A stretch of 61,245 bases of DNA, counting the filler, from Platydemus manokwari (lineage: Eukaryota), in assembly GCA_037951405.1 (NCBI GenBank). It is 5 parts of 5 records of this genome, joined end to end, with 100 filler letters (N's around TTAATTAATTAA, not from the genome) between each part and the next. Parts side by side here need not be neighbours in the genome. Positions count along the whole stretch, not along the records: positions 52,187 to 61,245 come from JBBMOY011305984.1; 4 more parts are not named here. The stretch is one strand, 5' to 3'. Each line of letters opens with the position of its first letter. Position 1 is the stretch's first letter. Position numbers and translations under genes: made by a program. This document shows positions 55,101 through 61,245 of the stretch, piece by piece. Under the pieces are notes generated by a model. The model made no database searches. It was given only the letters and a program-made list of their open reading frames with translations, and was not told where the DNA came from.

Positions 55101-58100
55101 GAGGATTATTCGGTTTCCGAGTTAAAGAAGACATTTTCTTCTCGTACAGGTAGTGTCTAAAGTTAATAACAAAATCGTAGATAACCAGCAGTTTATACAA
55201 TAGTAACACAATATCCTTTCTCGTGAATGCTGAGTAATAAAGTCCCGGAGGCTAAAACTAATTTTGTTCCTTCTTCCGTAACTTGGCTTAGAACGATCCC
55301 AATCACACCAAAACGCGTGAGTGTATCGAGTACAAATATTTTGTTTGCTCTTCTGGTTCTTCGCAGAGTGCTGTCTTTAACTTCGAAAATATGGTTTGAC
55401 AGGATTCTGACCACTGTAACTCTTGATCTTAGCCTGAGGTGGCGACGTATAGTGAATAGAAGGTGTGAATGAAGAAACCGTCAAAAATTGTTTCAAAAGG
55501 GTTGCGATTATTCTAGGTCTTCAAGGATCTTATGCTGAAGAAAACTTATCATCAGATCCCGTTCTTAAGACAGTAAAGCATGAGCTTGACCAAACAATGT
55601 TTGATGAGGATATGATCCAAACAGAAGTTGTCATTGATGATGATAAAATTATTGCATTGTGTCAAGAAGAATACACTGTTCAAGACGTTGTACTTAGTGC
55701 TGAAGATGGCCAGTTACAACATAAGTCTAAGTAATTTATTCCATGTAATTGAAATTGTCATCAAAGCAAGTTCTTCTTCAAACAACTCTACCATTGATAC
55801 AATAAAAAATTTAAAAGAAGTCAAAGTTGATTTACAGAAATTCATTCAAAAGAAAACTCTACTTTAGATGATTTATTATTGTCGTTTTCTTAACAATTTC
55901 ATCATTAAAATGACAATCATATAGCTTGTAAATACCTTAATTATCTGAATTAATTGACAATCCGAAAGGAAATCGATTTCTAATTTTTTGGATTAATGAG
56001 AGTTGACTGTACCTTTCTAATCAAACAATATTTAAAAGAATTTGAATTTTTAAAGTTAGTAGAAATTATTTATTTACAATAAATACCATTTGTAAAATTT
56101 CAAGGAATTCCTTGTAAGATAAAAGCGTGTTGAATTATTTTGTACTGCTGACTGATAACTTAATGAAATTGGTGGTTAAATATTGAAGGGTATATATTAA
56201 TTCTAAGTCTAAACCAAAATAGTTCATAATATTCACTGATGCTTGCATAAATGTGTCAGTGTACTAAACAGGCAACTCAATGTTAATAACATATTGATTT
56301 ACTTGCTTTATATTTAATCATTAAGAATCAATATTTCTTGTGTGTAACCATATCTGCAGTGACTTTGAAAGACGGATTTTAATGCTCAATTTTCGTATGT
56401 ATTATTATTACCAACAGCTCTAATTTATAATAAAATTTACCTTATTGTAAATCATGCCGATTAGAGATCCCCGAATTCTCATGGAAATTTTATTTACCAA
56501 CACGAAACTATAATTTTCAAACATACATCCTATTATACCTTGAACAAACATTGCTGATCCAATAAGTATTCCTTCCCAAAGAGCACTCGATTTTTTCATC
56601 TCAACATATTTCATTAATACTCTATTAGTGTCATAACTTTTCAGTAAATTAAATTGATATTCAAACCGTACTTAATCCACAGAACTGACAATATATTCAA
56701 GTTATCTCGAATCATTTTAAATATAATCGCAACGATTAATACTTTCAAGTGTATTCGAAGCAGAGATTTCAGTAAAATAAATTTTGTAAATTCTTCTTGA
56801 CTTCTATTTATTGACTCATCTTCACTCAACAAGTTTTCTTTGCTCAGAGATTTTTTTCTAATCAAATCATATCTGATGAATTAATATTTCCATTTATCAA
56901 ACTTTGCTTTAATTTGAGAAGAGAAAATTTGATTTATCTTCAATGTATTTCTCAAACTTTTTTCATTCTTATCTATATCAAATGATGTTTCATCGGTCAT
57001 TTCATACTTGAACCATTGATAGATATATCTGAATGATTTTTAATTATATCATCACTTATAAGTATCACCGACTTATTCATCCAAGCAAATGTGATTCTGG
57101 AATTGATTGATGCATTTTGATCGATGCTTCTAATCTATATTGAAATATTTAGTTAAAGAAAATTGTAGAATAAATAATAATAACAATTACTTGGATAATA
57201 TTTTTATAATTTATAACAATGAGATAGATATGGAATCCAATAAATAATCCAAAAACAATAACAATTCAATCAATAATGTATTCTTTATCAATAATCATTA
57301 TGAAATATTATTTTATCAGAAAAAGACAATCTGTAATTTCGATTAAAATCAAAATTGCATTTTTTGTAAAGGCTGATCAGTTAATTCAATGATTTTCGAC
57401 AACAATAACAATGTCATGTCCTAAACATGTTTGAATCCATCAATTATGCAAGCCGGTGTACAAATACAAATGTTTGTATCTTTTCATGATGGTTAATAAT
57501 AGAATAATTTACATTTCTCATCTTGCTATGCTTATCCAATCTTTTGGTTTTATCTTTAATTCTATAAAATATTGTGTAAGATGGAATTTTAGTATTTATA
57601 TTTTATTTTTAAATTATGGTACAAATTAGAGATATTTCTAGAATAATGACAAATGAGTGAATAAGCATATTAAAGGCATAACAGAATCTGAAATAATAAA
57701 GTAAATTTAAAAAGAAAAATATAAATTCAAAGAATTATTCAGTTTATACTTTACTTAATCTAACGGCTTAAGACCAGCTTCACAAAAAAATTAGATAAGA
57801 TGCCAGAAGAAATACAAACTGAAATAAACATTCAGGAGAAAAATAACAAGTGCACAACTACATAATCATGATAAATAAAGATATACCCAACATGAATAAA
57901 TACAAAATAACAAATAAGAAATACCCAAATTCATTTCCGCTATAATTAAAAAATAACTTATGTAAACCAATCAAAATTTAATAGAACATAAAGTTTGTTC
58001 TATCTGGAGCAGTCAGAGATGGTTTAGTTATGCTATGCATTCGGCTACGATTTGTACCACTTCAATGACTTCTCCAATTCATGATTGTATGACGTTGTTA

Positions 58101-60447
58101 TTTTCTTTCATTTATTCGACACTGAAGACTAATTAAAGCTGTTGCTATTTCTAATAAATATATTATTTACTAATTTTCATAATCTATATTCCAGTTTTTT
58201 AAACATTTTTAGTATCCAGTGGCTATCCACATATCTGGAATGTGCAACACATTTGAACAGGATTTTTTATTGTGTTCCCCTTTACATATTTCAATAAATA
58301 TTATTACAGAACATTATATCGTTTTGGTAACATTTTACTCGAACTGTCATAAACTATATATCGAATAATAACGGTCATTACCATGCCATAACTTTGTCAC
58401 GATTGTGTTGACCTTTTTAAACTTTAGACAATGCTAATTATATTAATAGTTGCAGGAGATTCTGATTATTTCGAGTATAGCAAATAGATTGGAAATTTAG
58501 GTAAATATTGATTTAACAGTCTTATTTGTATTTCATGTGTTTGTTCTCAGATAAGCTACTGAAGTGTCTTAAAAAAACAAATCACAAGCATAATAAACAG
58601 CAATACTCAATCCAAATGAAATATTTATCAGAAAAATTAAGCTAAATAAATTCAAATAATATAAATTCACACCTCATTGGATTTTCTAGAATAACAGTCC
58701 AATATAAGAGAGCAGAATAAAAGAATCATTATGAGAAGAGAATTAATAAAATTGATTGTTTCAAATATCTGTGAGTCCTGAAATAATAATCAATATTTTA
58801 AAATTTAATATCAAAGAATTTAATTTGGTTTTTATTCAATTTTACATTATATTTTGTATTGTTATTTACAATTTTGTACTAAACTAAAACCCAAAATCCA
58901 AACATCAATAAAAATATCTCTCAAAAATCAAAAACACCCAAATCTCATTCCACCAAAACCAAACGATCCCAAATAATCAACACAATTCCAATCTTGTCCC
59001 AAACTCACTGTGCAAAGAACAATCAATTCGAATCAACCCGATTCCAAATTTGACCAATCCAAAGCCGTTTTTATGTTTTTACATTTAACTGATCTTTAAA
59101 TTTTTTCATTGATTGACTTGAATTTTGTATAGCTTTGTTTTGCACTTTATTTGACAATAATATGTAATAATAATATTTAACTTTTTTATGATTATGATTT
59201 TGAATAATTATTCTTTTTATAGTTGTTGTTTTATTAAATCTTATGAATTGTAAATCGGAAAAACTAAAAAGAGGCGACAAATTCTGAATAAACGATCAAA
59301 ATAATCGACACTATTTAAAACAAATAAGATTAAATAATAATAATAACAATAACAATAATACTAACAACAATAATAATATAGAATTCTAATAAAATCGCAA
59401 TAAATGATCTGAGAAAAATAAAATATCATCTGATTCAAAAACTGAGACATAAAAATATTAAATCATGAAATAGTTACATAATTTATTAATAAATAAAAAT
59501 AATAACCGGACTCCAATATGGAAAAAACGAAAATTCAAAATAAATGGAGACAAAACAAATGATAAGCATCACTGGAAAATAGTATATAAATTCATAACAT
59601 CCACTCAATAGTAAAATCTTGAGTTCTGACTCGGAGAGAAAGTACTCCGAGATACTAGCAAAGGTTATTGCAGACACTGTATAACGAAATGAGATTTTCT
59701 TGAGAAATTTTATATTATAATTAATAGCACTATCGTTATTGCAATTATAATTTAATTTATTAATTATTAATTTATTAATTTAATTAATTAAAGTCGCCTC
59801 CATTTACTTTTCCGATGCCTATCCTGTGGATATTTTGCAGTAATCTACTTGTGTAGTGAGTTGCGCATTTCGGCAATGTTTGTGTTCTTTCGAATCTTGT
59901 TTATCTTTCATTTCCCTAGATATATTTTATCAATATTAACCGAGTTATTATCATATCTACTATATCTCTATGCATATTGAATAATAATGATCATTAACTT
60001 ATTGCTATGTACATCTAATACCAGTCAAGCTTGATGCGACTGAACAAATAACCCCTGTTGCAACGGTCAATAATTTATATAGCTTCAAGATAATTCAGTA
60101 ATTTTCCGGTAAGTTCGTTGTCATACGAATCCCTCTAGGACCAGTAAAACCAAACAACCACAACTGTAATCCAAATTTATTAATTATATTCTGAATTTTA
60201 ATAAAAATCTTTTAGAAATTAATATTTTTTTAAATAAAAACAATTAATAATAATATTTTAAAAGCTTATTACTGTTTTATATAAATTATAATCAATGATA
60301 TTCATCATTTACCTCCAAATATTTGTTGATTTTATCATAAATTCGAACAAAATAAGCTCCATTTATCAACCACCAAAATATAAACAAAGGAATTTCAGTG
60401 AATCGATTCGATAATCTTTTCAATTCCAAACATATTGAAGTCAAAAT
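52187..60447 (-). CDS. ABCC/MRP-type ABC transporter, partial (TMD0 to NBD1); both ends missing
   Basis: Exons NASINSRITFAWMN, RIRGSLIGMIYNK|ILRL...GDIVNLASVD, KDKRINILTEILNGIQ|IIKMNAWE, Walker A AIVGRVGVGKSSLLSAILDEM, Q-loop AFVPQEAWIQNKSLKDNILF. TMD0-like exons 60313-60447 and 58673-58777 are in frame but less certain. Confidence 0.93.
53480..53600 (+). mobile_element. Non-LTR reverse transcriptase scrap in an ABCC intron
   Basis: VRLKQRD...LTCADDIAIL resembles GLRQGD...LAYADDI. Confidence 0.5.
54900..55330 (-). mobile_element. Ty3/Gypsy RNase H relic in an ABCC intron
   Basis: FVLDTLTRFGVIGIVLSQ...HEKGYCVT, FRHYLYEKK, YNFDLKYSKDENNNNADGLSRINETLCSQCKSK. Confidence 0.85.
55430..56009 (+). 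mobile_element. Tigger/pogo 3' fragment with right TIR
   Basis: VNEETVKNCFKR followed by an acidic tail. Ends GGATTAATGAGAGTTGACTG|TA (rc TA|CAGTCAACTCTC), a typical Tigger-like TIR. Confidence 0.75.
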
Positions 60448-61245
60448 CTAAAATATCAATTAAAATTTCATTAACGACTAACATGCACAAAGGGTCAGCA
60501 TCCTATCAATAAAAAATAATAAACTGAAATTGAAATGAGATATAATCATGTTGGTGCAATCAGTTGATCGTTAATTTCTGAAATCAGATCTTCTCATTTA
60601 TATTAGATGAAACACAAATATAAAAAATCAAAACTATATTAATTATATAATCATTGCACATTTTTTTAATTATACCAATCTTCCTAAATTTATTTCACAT
60701 TCAATTAAAATTAAATTGGTACGTAATTACGAAGAAACAAACAGTGGAAACAAGAAATATTTGAACCCAGAACCATTATTATGATTAAATAGTGAGTAAA
60801 ATTTTATAATATTTTATACATCACCATAGATATACTTAAAGTTGCTTGGTCTCGATTTTCAATATATAACACTATTTAAAACCATTCCAATTTCATTTAT
60901 ATCGACGAAACATTCCTGCACAGTAAACATGAACACTCGGTTTCTAATACGCCCGTAGTTGTAAACCGCTACTATTTTACAAAGAACACGTTGAAAACGT
61001 ACTGAAAATCACTGCACTAAATTATATATATATATATATATTTAAATGCAAGTATTTAAACAAATTAATATAATTTAATATAAAATTTGAATTAAATATT
61101 TAAAAATTTTATTCACTTAAAAATTATAACGCTATTATTGTAAACATCTTAGGTACATTAAAATTTAGATTTCAATTAATATGCTTTATTACATTAATTC
61201 TGACTAATTAATTATAAATATTTTATTTTATAAGTTTAACAGTTT

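Noticed and set aside
59486-59677. Hydrophobic ORF as an ABCC TMD0 exon
   Set aside because: Flanking exons 60313-60447 and 58673-58777 already join in frame as consecutive helices; no supported splice sites.

Overview
Very AT-rich eukaryotic scaffold made of five contigs joined by 100-nt artificial linkers (N44-TTAATTAATTAA-N44). It is from an animal (a true alpha-catenin is present), and the divergent proteins and mostly 30-60 nt GT-AG introns suggest a genome-reduced parasite such as a myxozoan or orthonectid; that placement is inference only. I spliced six host genes by hand: spermidine synthase (-), PTPA (+), the 5' part of a BTB/Kelch-like gene (+), VAC14 lacking its 5' end (+), alpha-catenin lacking its 5' end (-), and part of an ABCC/MRP transporter (-). 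All use the standard code and canonical splice dinucleotides. Intergenic DNA and the long introns hold decayed mobile elements: pogo/Tigger, hAT, mariner, Merlin, Ty3/Gypsy fragments, solo LTRs, LINE reverse transcriptase scraps and a Polinton-type pPolB relic with an EndoVII-like insert. No intact novel system can be demonstrated. The best leads are the pPolB relic with an adjacent AGTAGT-tipped fold-back, a Y-shaped hairpin next to an unidentified decayed ORF, a small IF1-like mitochondrial ORF, and an exact 71-nt inverted overlap between two contig starts.
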